Shown here in pieces: positions 1 through 13,832 of a DNA stretch of 64,000 nucleotides (position 1 is its first letter; each line of letters opens with the position of its first letter). Both the position numbers and the translations under genes were made by a program. Location: positions 1,137,197-1,201,196 of the forward strand of contig NC_090600.1 in the NCBI RefSeq assembly GCF_000497125.1, in the 5' to 3' direction. Below the pieces are notes generated by a model. The model worked only from the letters and a program-made list of their open reading frames with translations, had not been told where the DNA came from and did no database searches. The DNA comes from Spironucleus salmonicida (taxonomy: Eukaryota).

Positions 1-453
1 TTTTGGGGTCGATCCATTGGTACAGTGTCTAGTACATATTTAGCATAAATGCACCCTAGCTCTTTTGGTGTAATATTATAATCACCATTAGCTAGTGCTT
101 TTCATACTGTGTTTAAAAAAGTAATTTGTTCATCTTGTGATGGGCTAGATTCAAATTAGCGCATTAAAAAAGTAAATATACCAGTTTTTATAATTCATGG
201 AATAAAAGATTAAATAGTAGATTATAATAATGCCTAAATTTTATTTTAAAGTTATATTGATGTTCATGACTAATAAGAAGGAGATATTTAGAAGCAAGAT
301 GACTGGTTTACTGGAGTAAATTTCTTGAAGTTCGGTGACTGTGAATTATATTCTATTAAAAATGCTGGACATAATGATATAGATAGTATATTTAGGCGGC
401 AAATGTGCTTTATTGTCAAACGAATCATTTCTCAAAGTTAAGAATGGGAGTGA
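1..453 (+). CDS. Alpha/beta hydrolase, ABHD17-like (5' truncated by window)
   Basis: Table 6: FWGRSIGT (nucleophile GxSxG), ILQSPLAS, PVFIIHGIKDQIV, AGHND; ends GAG TGA. Confidence 0.9.
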
Positions 454-458
454 GGTAT

Positions 459-1793
459 TCATTCACTAATTCGTACTAATAAATCATCAATATCAATAAT
501 ATCTGATTGCTCTAAGGCTTGCTTAACTTTATCAATGACAATATTTAACTAAGTATTAAAGCATAAATAAACATCATCATTTGTATAATTTTTGGATATT
601 TAGTTATCAATAAATATTACTAATTTTGAAATTAGCTTAAATACTCCACCTCCAAGTTATGGATGCATTCCACTTAACTATATCCCATGAATATAAATAT
701 TCCTTAGTGGACAAAATTAAATTGGAAATTAACATAATTCTAGTTTATTCACAACAGTAACATAACTATTAACTAGATTGGTTTTAGATGTTACTTCTGA
801 CTAACCTAATAATTATGATATTGGATAGATTAAATTTTCTTATTCCATAATAAACTTTTTGATAACGTTTTAGTTCTCACTAATTATCTCAAGTTCCTTA
901 ATATAATCATTAACCAAGCAATTATGCAATTTATCTACCACACCTGGTTGCATGACCTAATGTGTAACATTGATGATTGAAATAGATATTGGGTATCTAT
1001 AAACCCCTTCTGCATTATCCATGAAATTAACAAATTCTTATTGTTAAATTATTTCTTCCTTATATGATCCATTTAGGAGGAATAATGGATCATAAAATGA
1101 GAAATATACAATCGCTAATAGACCCAAAACTCCTGAAGCGCGAAAATCAGAAGCTGGTCGGTTTCCTTGAAACCCAATTCGTCGCCATATTTAGCTATCT
1201 GTAACACAATTTTGAAAATATTTCTAGATATTCATCTTTGATCCTGGAAAATTTTCTACCAATGTACCCATATTTCCAACTATTATTTCCATTAAAGTAT
1301 TACACTTTTCCGTATCAAAAGCTATATTTTATAGCTATTAAAATATTTTTAGATAATGCTTAACAAACTTGCCAGCACTTGCAGAATAAACTTAGAGTGT
1401 TAAAAATTCATTATATAGTTTATTATTAAAAATGAGCTTTTTTAAAATAATATTCTGAGTCTAAATTATAATCAAAAGAGCTGGCTGGGTTTATTGTGTT
1501 TATTAATGGTAAGCAATAATAGGAGTAATCGAAGATATTTGAAATATATCAACTTTAAGTACCTTTTTAGCTAGAAAAAAAGGTATTTTATATAAATTAA
1601 ATCCTCTAAATTTATTATATTAGTGAGTACAAAGGGCGTTAGACGTGTGACTATGTGGATGAAAATCAGTTGATATAAAATATATTTAAGACATTGCACC
1701 ATAGAATAATTGTGTTTCCTATTTATTTTTATAGTAAATGAATGCCCCATCGTATTAATCAACATCGGCTATATAAGTTAATGTTTGTTTCAT
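459..1793 (-). CDS. ELMO/CED-12 domain protein (ELMOD-like)
   Basis: WRRIGFQGNRPASDFRASGVLGLL matches the ELMO W..GFQG.nP.tDFR..G.LgL motif; start and stop are in frame with it. Confidence 0.85.
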
Positions 1794-2633
1794 TTAACGG
1801 AAATCTTTGATAATACATTAAATTATATATAAGATAATTAAAAAATATATAATTTACTAATTAAAAATGTTGAGCTCTTCTAAGTCACAAGGTAATTTTG
1901 TGATAAGATAATAAGTTCATAATAGTATTATCGTATTATTTTTTTAAATGTGTATATATCTAATATGTTTAATATTATTATATTATTTATGAAAAATATT
2001 TAGGTATTAAACAAATGAAAAATACTAAATAAAAGCATAATATAGGACAGTCATATATCATTCTATGTTTTTCTTGTTTATAATATCATATTTTTCTCTA
2101 AAAATTATTTCACGTGTTACTTTAAGCTTGGTGATACTATAAACAAATTAAAATAATTCAATTTAAAACAAAGATAGACAGTCTAATATTAGTATATTTA
2201 ATTAACTAAATTATGATTTATATTATTTTTATACGCCAATTCAGTTTACTAGTAATAAATTTTCAGCAATAACTAAATATTTCATTTAAGTTCTTCTACT
2301 ATTATTATTTAAGTTTCTATCCAGAATAATTATATTTAAAAATTCTAATTAAATTTTATATATTGTTTACCTATTATTCCTATCTACAATTATGAAGATT
2401 TTATATACAATTTTAATTAAATTGATTAAACTAAACGATTTCAATATAATTATTGGTTTTATAATTATTATATTAGAACTGTAAAATGCTAATATTAAAA
2501 TAATTATTTTAATATAATATTGATATAAATTTCTTTTAAAATGATTAGTATTCATACGCATTGTGATCTTATTTAATATGCTTACACATTTTAAAATGAT
2601 TCATTCTTGTTATAATTATCATAAGTAAAATCA

Positions 2634-4703
2634 ATGTCAGATGAATTACTCTAAACTTTCCTTTTGTAAACAAACTATTTATCTAATGATATGATACTAT
2701 TTTTGTATATTAATAGAAAAGAATTCACTACGAAATACATTTTACCTCTAATTTAAGATAGATCTGATTCAGTGTTTGATATTTTTTTCAGTGATAATAT
2801 TACCGAATAGCAAGTGGAAAAATTATGGATAGAATTTACTACTGGTGCGTAACAGTTGAATGGTCTTGAAATTGCATTATTGCTTTATTTACGCTCTAAA
2901 TACGAATGTGTTGACCAAGCTCTCTAAATTTTACTTAAGACTGATTGCTTTGATAGGAAAGCTGAAGTAATTAGAAAGTTAAATTAGACAAAACATACTT
3001 AAGTTGGTTAAGAATCACCATTTGAACCTTAAACTACAGATTATATTAATGAAATTAACGTATATTAGGAATAAATTTATTTTTCAGAAAACACAACAAG
3101 TAAGACTGTACCATTTACAACTTTTTGGTATGAATTTGCATAATTTTTAATTTCAAATACTCCAATTAGTAGTTACACTTTAATTGAGAATATATCTTTA
3201 GGTACTTAAGAGCAAGCCAGATTGTCAATATGTTGTTTCCCATTTACTCCAATTAATCTGTAAATTAATCTTGATCAATAAAATTTCGATATCGTCATCT
3301 CCTCATAAGCGGAAATTAATTATTTATAATTAAATGAATAGTCGTAACTTCTTGTTAAAGCGGAAATTTCATCACCAGAGATCACTGAAATTTAACTTAT
3401 TATTTCTCTTAACTCAGATATCTATACCAGCTCTTTAGAATCTTCAAAAACTCATTATTTAACAATTTTTAAAGGTCAAAATTCCATCAATATTATAGAG
3501 GAGATTTTATCATTTTCAAGCGAATTTTCTAATAGTTGTATAAATATTGAAGTACTTTGCAATAATAAAACCTACAAAATCGATGTCTAAGTTAACTATC
3601 CACTTTAAATTATTTAAAACTAAATTTCATGCGATGCACAATATTACTATCTTCAACACTGTTCATAAAGCGAATTTTTAGTTCAAATAGAGCGTTTTGA
3701 AACTGACGAGCTTTTCGGAAATCTTCTTCAAAATAGACAATTTGCTTAAAGAATCCACGAGCTTTTGCATAGTTAGAATGTATAAAATCGCAAAATACAC
3801 TATTTGATATCTATCGGAATGCACGATGCTGGACTAGCTAGTTTATTTTTAAGCAAGTAGATAAAGCCACTTTTAGAAATTAAAAGGCCTTTTTACTTCG
3901 ATTCCGAGATTATAATTCCTTAAGCTTAAATCTAATTAAATTGTGATAATACACATATTAATTTTTTGGAAAATTCTTTGAGCAAGATAGATGAAAAGTT
4001 GTGTATTTTATTGTTAGGTAAATAGATGTTATCTAGCTTAGAGGAACCAGAGAAAGTTACTCTGGCTTAAATTTTTATAAAAATGGGCAGATATGATTTA
4101 GCTAATAATTTAGTTGAACAAAGTAGTTTACTAGTTGGACAGCTGTTAAAACTTTATATTTAATCATCTTAAATTGATAACAGCTATTAAATTTCATAAT
4201 TTTTAATAGAAAATGAATAGTTCTTGCGGCCAGAAAATGTTAATATTTTAAAAAATTTGATAAAAAATTGTAAATCTAACGATGAATTTTCAGTAAAAAG
4301 ATCAGGAAATAAAGTAATTTTCAATCAGACTCCTGTTATATTAAAATTTTATAATAATTCATGGAATGGGGATTCAAATCTGAAGTTAATACCATAAAAA
4401 TAAATAAATTGTAATGAGCTAGAATATGAGTTATAAAGTGGAAACTACACACTAATTGTTTAAAAGGACTTTGAAACTGTACAATTAGCTGTAAATAATA
4501 CGAAAATTGATTTTGAAATAGATAAGATAAATAAAATTTTAACTATTAATAATGAATAAGTATGCTATGTTAGATTTCTGTATTATGGAACATTTGCATA
4601 GGATAGCTTCACAGATTATAATGGTAATGTATTGATACCTGAAAATTGTGATGAATTTGTTATATTGAGAGAAAATGGTGAATTTATTAAAAGTACACTT
4701 TGA
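2634..4703 (+). CDS. Hypothetical protein (~689 aa)
   Basis: Table-6 ORF MSDELLQTFL...; ends checked in frame; no recognised motif. Confidence 0.65.
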
Positions 4704-4750
4704 TTGATTCAAATATATATTTTATTCATTATTTTTACTAAAAAAATCTT

Positions 4751-5752
4751 TCACTAAATCTTTCCATCAAATAGACAATATTCTAATTCATATTGCTTTT
4801 TGTCTGTTTTTAGCTTACCAATAAGTGAAATTTTAATATAGTTGTCTATAGGAATTACAGAAAAACAAAATTAAACACTTTTTGGCGAAAATCCACTAAA
4901 ATTAAGCTTCCCGATTATTTTTGTCTACGTAATAATTTCTAGATCATAGAGACCAATTCCTGTTAATGTGACTATAGCATCAAATTATATACCAAGTTTC
5001 AGATTCTCTAAATTAGATGTAAATTAAAATGCATTAGAGGAGGTTTATGAAATTGGAGTGAAAATTGGAAATGATCCAGTAATATCTTAAAATTGATAAT
5101 CAATCTATGCCACTTTGCTATCTTTTTAAGTTAAATTTTGTTCTTTCTTTTTAATATAATAAAAATCGATAAATTTTTATTTTGTTTTGATATAAAAATT
5201 ATCTTTACCTTCAAAATTAAACCCAGTAGGAGATATGCGTTTAATTAAATATTCTGTTATAACAATAGGTTGCACACATATTTTTATGATCGCTCTATCA
5301 AAATAAACTTACTCTAGCCCTTAATTTCTTAAAATATAATAGTTTATTGGCAATATTTGCACTTAATATTCAAAAGGTTGTATCACATTTATCTCATAAT
5401 TTATTCCAAAATATAATACTTAAATAGTAGTATTTGACAAAGGATGCATAATTAACTAATCATTTATATAAGATCCACATTCTTTTGGTTTGAGTTAAAC
5501 ATTTTAGTCATAGCATTCTAAGATTATTTTTTGTCCTAAAAATATTTTATCTATTGGGAACTTTGGGCGAGTATTTCCAAGCGTGGAACGGGGTGTTGAA
5601 GGGTTTGAACTTTTTTCAGTGAAAAAATTTAATGTTCCTAATAAAAATGCAACTTAGTTGGCGGAATTTACTCGTTTAAGAAGAGTTAAAATATGGTATT
5701 AAGAAGATAACAATGATTTATTAAATAAATGAAAATCTTGCTTATCATCCAT
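4751..5752 (-). CDS. Hypothetical protein (~333 aa)
   Basis: Table-6 ORF MDDKQDFHLF..., ends TAG TGA (AGTGA signal). Confidence 0.65.
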
Positions 5753-6948
5753 TTAGTTTTCTATTTAAAATAAAAATTTTGAAATTTTGATGCAGTTTAA
5801 AAGAGAGTGACACTCAATATTTGTAAAATTTTTACTAAAAATGTGTAATAAATGCAAAATAGGAAAATCTGTATCCAATTCAATAAGTGTATTATTTTAC
5901 TATTAATATTCTTTAATACTATTAAAAATTAATTTGAAACTATTCATAATATCAATAACAAATATTGTCAAAATAATTTATAAATAATAAAGTTAATCTT
6001 AACTTTATTGCTAGAAGTGATAGTTTTTTACTAAAAGATTAAAAATTTCATTTATTTCAATTAATATATTTTCTGTTTATTAAGCTTACTTTACTAAGCT
6101 TGGACTAGAAACCTAAATATTTTGTACATCTAGTTTGTTAGAGATAACAATTTGCTTATTCTCCACAGTCCAATCAATGTGTTAATAAATGCGTAAAACT
6201 TATTTTTAAAAATTTGGTAAATGTAAATCAGTTATAAGTTTTGATGTTATATATAATTCCTTTTTTGAAATATAACTAATATCATTTTTAAGCATTTCCT
6301 TCTGTAATAGATGTAATTGATAAAGCAATTCTAGTACTGATTTTTTTAAATCTAATATTTATCTAGAAATATCTTTCAGTAAACTAATTTCCACTGTGAC
6401 AATAAGTGCAGAAGTAAAATTTATATTATGATACTCTTATAGATCTAATGCGTATGAGAATAGTGGTATATGGGTTTTTAAAATCAGGTTACAAATTTTA
6501 TAATTTAATTAAACAAGGCTGTTTTCTTGATTAATTTAATCATGTAAAAATTATTAAATAATATTATGAGTCTTATCAAATAGTTATATCGTTGTTAAAT
6601 CAAGCATTTATATATAATGAATATTAATAAGATGGGATATTTGCATAATTTCGGTTGATATAACTATAAGTGGAAGACTACGTGGCAATTAGACTATTAG
6701 TTTATTAATATTGCAATCTTTAAATGGAAGATAAATAATTAAAACTAATTGGTTTATGTCTATCTTGAAATCTTAGTAATATATGATATTAAACTAACGA
6801 ATCTTATGATCAGAGAATTAATCATTATAATATGATTATAATTCTATAGCTTAATTGTTTAAGCTGATTAAAAGGATGTTTGGATATGATGGGAGCAGAT
6901 TACGAAACATTTTATTTTAAAACTTATATTTATAATATATTATTATTC

Positions 6949-7275
6949 TCATTCATCAACTTCTAATTAATCATCACCTTGATCGATGGTTTCGGCATAA
7001 AATCCTGGAATAAAGTCTTAATGACCAGTTTGATTTCTAATTAATTTAATTAGAAATGACTCCTATGGTCTAAGAACTGATATAACAGGATTTGTTGGTG
7101 GTAATAATATGACGTTTTAATTTTTACAATTTGGGCAGGTTTCTTATTTTCCAAATATAATAAAATGACAATCCAAACACACCCTCATTCTCTTAAAGTA
7201 ATTTCTAGAGTTCTCTGGTAAATGTTAAAGGTTGATTACATCATTTTTATTGTCTGATTACTCGTCATAAGTCAT
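6949..7275 (-). CDS. SPT4: Transcription elongation factor Spt4-like zinc-ribbon protein
   Basis: RVCLDC...TCPNC...ISVLRPQESFLIK...FIPGFYA; 108 aa, fits the Spt4 pattern. Confidence 0.8.
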
Positions 7276-7708
7276 TTAGAGTGACAAAAATATAATATTT
7301 ACTTTACAATATAATTAACTAAAATAATTTCTAATAAGATAAGTTTAATAGATTAGTCATATGAATGTTGTTCGATAATTATTATGAAATAGTTAATACC
7401 ATTAGTGCTTATTTTGCTATTCTATGTAGGCTGTTTTATAAGTACTGTATAGTATAACGACAATGTTTAATAATAATTACCAGATATCTATAAATGTAAA
7501 TACATTAAACAAATTTACTAATCAACTACCTTATAAAATAAAAAAGTAGCACTATATATCTTAGTTGATTTTAAGGTGAGATTATTATATTTGGCTGTAT
7601 CAGTCATATAAGATTATAGTCAATTTTTGAGATAGAGTTATTTGTGGTGTAAACTATATATTCATCTCTGGGATATAAAATAAGTACTTATGAGACTTTT
7701 TGGTTACA

Positions 7709-7990
7709 TCACTGGATACTCTCTACTTGGTCTTAGAACAGCTCCTTGGTGAGGACCTCGACCTGCTCGAGAGTGATGTTGACTTTCATGGCGGCATCAC
7801 GTAACTTGATGAGCCGCTTCAGCTTCTGGTCCTTGAGGGTCTGCAGAACTGCCACAAAGGTTGCAGCCGATTCACCGTATTTACCAATGCAGCGCTCGTT
7901 GTACTTAATGTCTCGCACGAGCTCCACGAGCTCTGCCTATAGCACCGCCCACTATGCCTCCACCTGGTGCCGGAACTCTGCGTTCTGCAT
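7709..7990 (-). CDS. Small hypothetical protein (93 aa) in GC island
   Basis: MQNAEFRHQ...QDQVESIQ; C-rich TTCCCACTCCAAA before ATG, ends CAG TGA, strong GC3 bias. Confidence 0.65.
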
Positions 7991-8109
7991 TTTGGAGTGG
8001 GAATCTAGCAGAACCCAGAAACGTGCAAAGCATATTCTGCGGCAATAGTTACCTATGTGAGAACGAGCCCGGATACGCCTTAGGAGGGAATATTACTGCA
8101 TTCTTCAAA

Positions 8110-8307
8110 ATGCGGGTCAGCGCCCTCAAATACAGCCTCTCGGACCCCGCGATGATACGTAGTCCCGGACGTCCCGGACGTCCCAAGGCACCTGCAGCTG
8201 CGGTACCGGTGTAACCTGTGCTCCCACTGAGGGCCGCTCCCCGTAGGTCACGGAGGCTCACGAATACTCCAGACTTGGAGGCATCGCGGCCTAGAATGCT
8301 CTAGTGA
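8110..8307 (+). CDS. Small Pro/Arg-rich hypothetical protein (65 aa) in GC island
   Basis: MRVSALKY...RPRMLQ; AAAATG start context, ends TAG TGA. Confidence 0.45.
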
Positions 8308-8316
8308 CCGTGCATC

Positions 8317-8988
8317 TCACTCTTCGCGCAGCCGCGCCACGCAGTCATCAACGCCCAAAAGGTCGCCTGCACCCAGAATGCCCTCTAGACGGCGAAACAC
8401 GCGCTCCAGCACTGCGTTGTATCCCATATACACCTGATCATCAGCAAGCCTCCCAAGCTCCCCGTGAACCACCTATGCCACCTCACAGGCTAGTCTGAAC
8501 ACACAACCACAGAGGCTTGGGTGCATACCATCCAGACGGTGGGCTGAAAATCCAGTTAAGGGAGCAATCTTCTCGCCGCGCGGGTTGAAGCGCGGGTGCA
8601 CCTCCCCACGCAGGCTCTCAGTGTAGGCCTCCAACACAGAAGGTAACGGCGTACACTCCAGGAACAGCAGTTAATCTGGCTGCACCTCGTGTTGCAGCTT
8701 TATCCTAACCTGCCCCAGTCGGAAGAACTGTAGGACCATCTCATTCTATAGAAATTCCAGGTCAAGCCCCAGCACGCGTGAAACTACCGTGATCAGATGG
8801 ATAACAAAAGTTTATTTAACATTTCCTTATGATATACTTAATAATTTACTCAGTGATTCATTATTTAAGTTTAGTTCTAATTAAAATGATATTTTTTAAA
8901 TAATCAGGTATAATTATACAACTATTTTTATTATGGGATATTTCCTAAAATTATCCAACTTGCTATTTACTTAAATTATATATTACAT
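8317..8988 (-). CDS. Hypothetical protein; 3' part GC-rich, start uncertain (8988 or 8739)
   Basis: Open frame ...EMVLQFFRLGQ...DDCVARLREE with strong GC3 bias up to ~8800, ends GAG TGA. Confidence 0.55.
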
Positions 8989-9431
8989 AATTAATAAAGA
9001 AAATAAGTTTTTTAATCCATTTATTGCTTTACATTTAAACTTATAGAAACTGAAAAACTATTATAATTTGCAATAATAATTTTATTAGGAATTTAATTTT
9101 TTAAATGTACAGAAAAATAAACCAGTAAAAATTTATGCCCTCCCTTGCAATTACTGTTCAAAAAGAATAGACGCATAATCTTTCAGATTCATGCTTCAGT
9201 CCAACTAGATATTTCTAAGCTAAAATTGAATTCAGTTCTTAAATGTATAATCGTATGGAAGAACCTATTTAAAGAAAAAGAAAATTAACAAGTACGCCGG
9301 TATAAACTGATTAATTTCCTACAAGAAATCCTGATTTTTGATGTATAAATGAATATTTTCTAGTTCTTATATTCAAACCTATAAATTAACTCCGCAGTTT
9401 TAATTATATAACTTAAAAAGAGTACTTTCAC

Positions 9432-9965
9432 TCAACCAGTCTTTTCACAGATCCATCTGAATCCATCTTCAACTCCTTCACCACTGACACCTGAACACCC
9501 TTAAATTTGCCATGGGTGATCTCTAATAGCCCAAAGCCCTAACTTGTCACAAATTTCACTAGGCTTCAAAGCACTTCCTAAATCTTATTTGTTAGCAAAA
9601 ACAAGTAATGGTACTCCTGCTAACTTTGCATCTTCACAGCATATACTAAGTTCTACCGCAACTTCTTCAAGGCGTTTTGGATCGGCGGCATCTACTACAA
9701 AAATAAGAGCAGTGGTTCCAGCAAAGTAGTTTTACCAAAAAGAACGAATAGCCTTTTATCCCCCTACATCATAGCAAAGAAGTTGTTATTTATTGAAAGT
9801 AACAGATTTAGCATTAAATCCTTATGTAGGTTGAATGAGGGATGCATCTTCACCACAAAGAGATTTAAGAAGAGTAGTTTTACCAGCATTATCTAAACCT
9901 AATATAAGTAGTCGGTGCTGTTTCTATGGCGTTCTAAATCTTTTAAAAAAATCAAAAAGTCCCAT
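9432..9965 (-). CDS. ARL3: ADP-ribosylation factor-like GTPase (Arl3/Arl2 type)
   Basis: MGLF..., [40 protein letters not shown]. Confidence 0.9.
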
Positions 9966-10128
9966 GTATGTGGAGTGGGTAAATAAAAATAAAAATAATA
10001 TATCATTTTATATAATTAACTAAATCAATAGGAGATATATAATATTTCTATTATTAATTATAAGATAAATCAACATTTAAATATGAGTATTGATATATTC
10101 TAAATTAAAAATTATATTTTGATTTATA

Positions 10129-11730
10129 ATGTTGTTCCTGGCATTTGCAAAATTACAACGCTATTGTGTCTATAGAGAACCATTAGATGTTAAACCATGT
10201 AAAGTAAATGCATTTAATGATAATATAGGAGTAATTTTGGATGTAGATTTAGAACTCAACTCAACAGGTTGGATGACTTTTAAGTCTAACTCAAACCCAG
10301 AATTACCTGCTAGATATCAATCATACTATGTTGGATACGCCGAAGGAAAACTTTTTCAACATCATATCTGGAATCATCATATGAATGTGAAAGATTGGTT
10401 TTTACATAGCTACTTACCATTCCCTGATTTTCCCGAAGAGCTTAATACATTCTTTAGATAAAATTTAGCATGGACTAGGTCAAATATAGGTAAGTTTGCT
10501 AGAGATAGATTCTGGAAAGAAGTTGGTAACACTATGTATCATTTTGATGGTATGGTTTTAGGGTACTAACAAGCATGTAGTAAGGCTGAATATATGTCAG
10601 AGTTAGATCTGTATATTTATGTTTCATCAGGAGATTTATTAGATGTCGTTGAATTTGCTCTCCCTACAATGAGACCTAATTGGAAAAATATGACTTAGGA
10701 AATGAAAGAGACCTGGGCGTAAATGAGAGATCACTGCTCTGGACTTGTTAGAGTTTCAAATGACACGATTTACCTTTCTTAGACTGCTTGGTTCTTCTAT
10801 GGTTCAATGACTCGTGTTTGGAAGGAATATGAGTTTAACTATTCTAGCTCTGCAGCCTCAAAGATATCATTTTCTTCTTATCCTGGATTTTCTTATTCCT
10901 TTGATGATTTTTATGCAACAGACTCTGGTATCATGTTCTTTGAAACAACTAACAATATATATAACACAGACCTATACAATTTATGTTCTCCTAAGTCAGT
11001 ATTGACCTGGATTCGTTCTTAAGTAGCCGGTAGAGCTGCTAAAACAGCCCCAGACTTTATCTAGCTTATTAGAAGATTCAATTCAGGAACTTACAATAAC
11101 CAATGGGTCGTCGTTGACCTCAACAAATTTAAGGAAAAAGCTGAAAAAGACGTAATGTGGGTTTTAGAACAAGTCCCAGGCAGAACAGCGGCCTATGATG
11201 GGACCGAACAACTGCTGAAGGACGGCTATTTTGGCAGTTTCAACATTCCAAGCTTAAAGAACGTAAGAAAAGTTTCAGGTTATGAACCAATGGCCGAGGC
11301 TGACCCCTCAGATGATTACGACGCCACGCCCAGAAACTTGATTTTCTAGCGCGATGCCCCGAAGGTCGATTCTTTGGAGAAAATGCAGCATTTGATGAGG
11401 TACAACGATTATTTGCACGACGCGCTTTCGCTGGATATGCAGGGAAATCCCGAACCGGGATTTGCAATTTCCAGCAGGTACGACCAGCGCCCTGGGGACC
11501 GCGCGAAATGCTTCGGCGGATTCGATAATAAAATTGGAATGTTCAACAGGAGGACAGGGGAATACCTAGCGTTGATCGTTTCGAGCCCTACGAACTAGAC
11601 AGAAAGCGCCCCGTTGTGGGCGTTCAAGGGCGACATGTATTGCCCCAGAAGAGGGCTTCCCGACGGGCCTTACAATTACCCAAGTATTACGGTTCCGCTA
11701 GAACTAAAGCTCAGGAAGCAGCCTGAATGA
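10129..11730 (+). CDS. Phospholipase B-like protein
   Basis: HCSGLV, FSSYPG..YSFDDFY, FETTNN, NSGTYNNQW, VLEQVPG, MRYNDY, ISSRYD. Confidence 0.93.
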
Positions 11731-11890
11731 TTTATTTTCCCTATTATCTTTTTTGTGTAAGAGAAGGTATTCAGTAGAAATACAAAAATAGATTAATTAT
11801 GTGTTGTTCAGGCCTTAAATTACGAAAAAATAGAAACAGTAATATTATGTATAATACTATGCAATATATTTCCCCACTTCAAATTTTACG

Positions 11891-12961
11891 ATGTCAGACT
11901 CTGAGAGCTTTCCATAAGAATTCGACCTTCCATTAGCTTAATAGCAGACTATAGAAGGCTTCACATTTACTCCAGAGAGAATAGTCGGTAGAGGTTCATT
12001 CGGTATTGTTTATTTAATTAGGTCGCCTCAATTCTCCTAGCCACTAGCCTTGAAGCTAGTGGTCTAAGATCGACGGTATAAGAATAGAGAACACCAACTT
12101 ATGTCAAAATTAGACCATCCATACACCACAATCCTACGAAAAGGATTTTTTGTCTCTGCTGGATCAACCGATGATTTAATATTATACATTATTATGGATT
12201 ATTATCCAGAGACATTACATTCTCTGTATCGTTAATATTCAAGGTTAAAAGAACACGTTCCACTCATGATTGTTCGACTTGCTACTTACTAAACTGCTAG
12301 AGCATTGTTGTATTTACATGCCCAAAATATAGCACATCGTGATTTAAAGCCTACAAATATTTTATTTGATCCTAACACGCTTAAAGCCGCACTTTGTGAT
12401 TTTGGATCTGCAAAATAACTAGTTTTTGGGGAACCTAATGTATCGTATATTTGTTCACGTTATTATCGTGCCCCAGAATTAGTTCTGGGTGCTACTAATT
12501 ACACTACTTCAATTGATGTTTGGTCCTTTGGATGTATTTTGGCAGAAATACTTTTAGGTGCTCCATTGTTTCCTGGTGAAAGTAGCGTTGATTAATTCGT
12601 AGAAATTGTGAAATTACTTGGTTCACCAACTTCTGACGAATTTCTTGCTATGAATGGCAGCTTAAATTCTGTTCGGTTTAAAGAGGTTAAAGCTTATGGG
12701 CTAAATAAAGTTCTTAGAAGCAAAGCACATTGCGATGTCGTTGATTTATTAGAGAAAGTACTAGTGTATGATCCTGAACGAAGGTTCACTGCAAGTTAAG
12801 TTTTAGCTCATAAATTTTTTGATCCTGTCAGAGAGCTTGGTGATACGTTACCAGGAGGAGAAGAAGTACCATCAGACTTATTTAAGTTTACTGATGAAGA
12901 AAAAAGCATTTTAACTACTTAATAAGAGTTATGGGCTATTGTTGGTAAACGGTCATAGTGA
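11891..12961 (+). CDS. GSK3: Glycogen synthase kinase 3 / shaggy-like CMGC kinase
   Basis: [43 protein letters not shown]. Confidence 0.95.
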
Positions 12962-13060
12962 GTGGTTTGTATTAAAGTTTACTATTTCCCTACCTTTATT
13001 ATTACTACTGGAACAATTTAAATTTTAATATATAAATTTCTATTATAAATAAATTTTTGA

Positions 13061-13339
13061 ATGTCTAAAAATCTAAAATTATCAATTGATCTCAGCAAAA
13101 TCTTGATATCACTTAATGCTGGTGATAAACCTGATAAAAAGATTTTAACAAACGTGCATAGTGAACTATAAAGATTAATAGAAGAATCATCTTCAGATGG
13201 AGATTTTTTGGGAAATTTCTCTCAAAAACTTGACCTACCGAGATCTTCTAACATACGGCCAGATAAATTATCATCTTTAACTTTGTCTAGAGTACCTGAT
13301 TTACTTCTTTTATCTAAATCTAATATCAATCCCAAATGA
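13061..13339 (+). CDS. Small hypothetical protein (92 aa)
   Basis: Table-6 ORF MSKNLKLSID...NINPK with coding-like composition. Confidence 0.5.
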
Positions 13340-13832
13340 TTACAATACTGCTTAGCTATAGCTAAATTTCATAAAAATCTTCTTCTACAAGACAAGATTG
13401 CAATTTATAAACCTGTATATGTTAAATGTAATTTTAATTAATACATTTATTTTTCCAATAAACAATAAGTTTGCATCGTAAGTGATTGACAAATACTTCA
13501 TGCTATTAATATTATTCTAAGATGAACAAATTAATTATGTTACATGAATCAAGTACTTATGATAATAATTAACTATTTATAAAATTTAAAATAAGGATAA
13601 TAAATTATAATCATATATACCCATTTAGATTTTTCTTTATTATGAGAGTATATAACCTATTTTTTGAAACTAACACATTATCATAGGATATTTTAAATTA
13701 TTATAAAAATTAGTGATTTTATGGCATCCTAATCCAGAAATTGATATTTCAAACGATTGAAACTATCTATACACGAACTATACCAATATAAAAGTAAAAA
13801 TATACTTCATTATCACTAAATATTAAACACAT

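Noticed and set aside
5841-6900. Possible plus-strand CDS
   Set aside because: All frames read were interrupted by TGA and no recognisable protein emerged
8162-8184. GTCCCGGAC tandem repeat (about 2.5 copies)
   Set aside because: Short in-frame PGR repeat; not CRISPR- or satellite-like
7700-8800. Bacterial contamination or recent horizontal transfer
   Set aside because: ORFs need TAG/TAA = Gln and carry host C-rich and AGTGA signals
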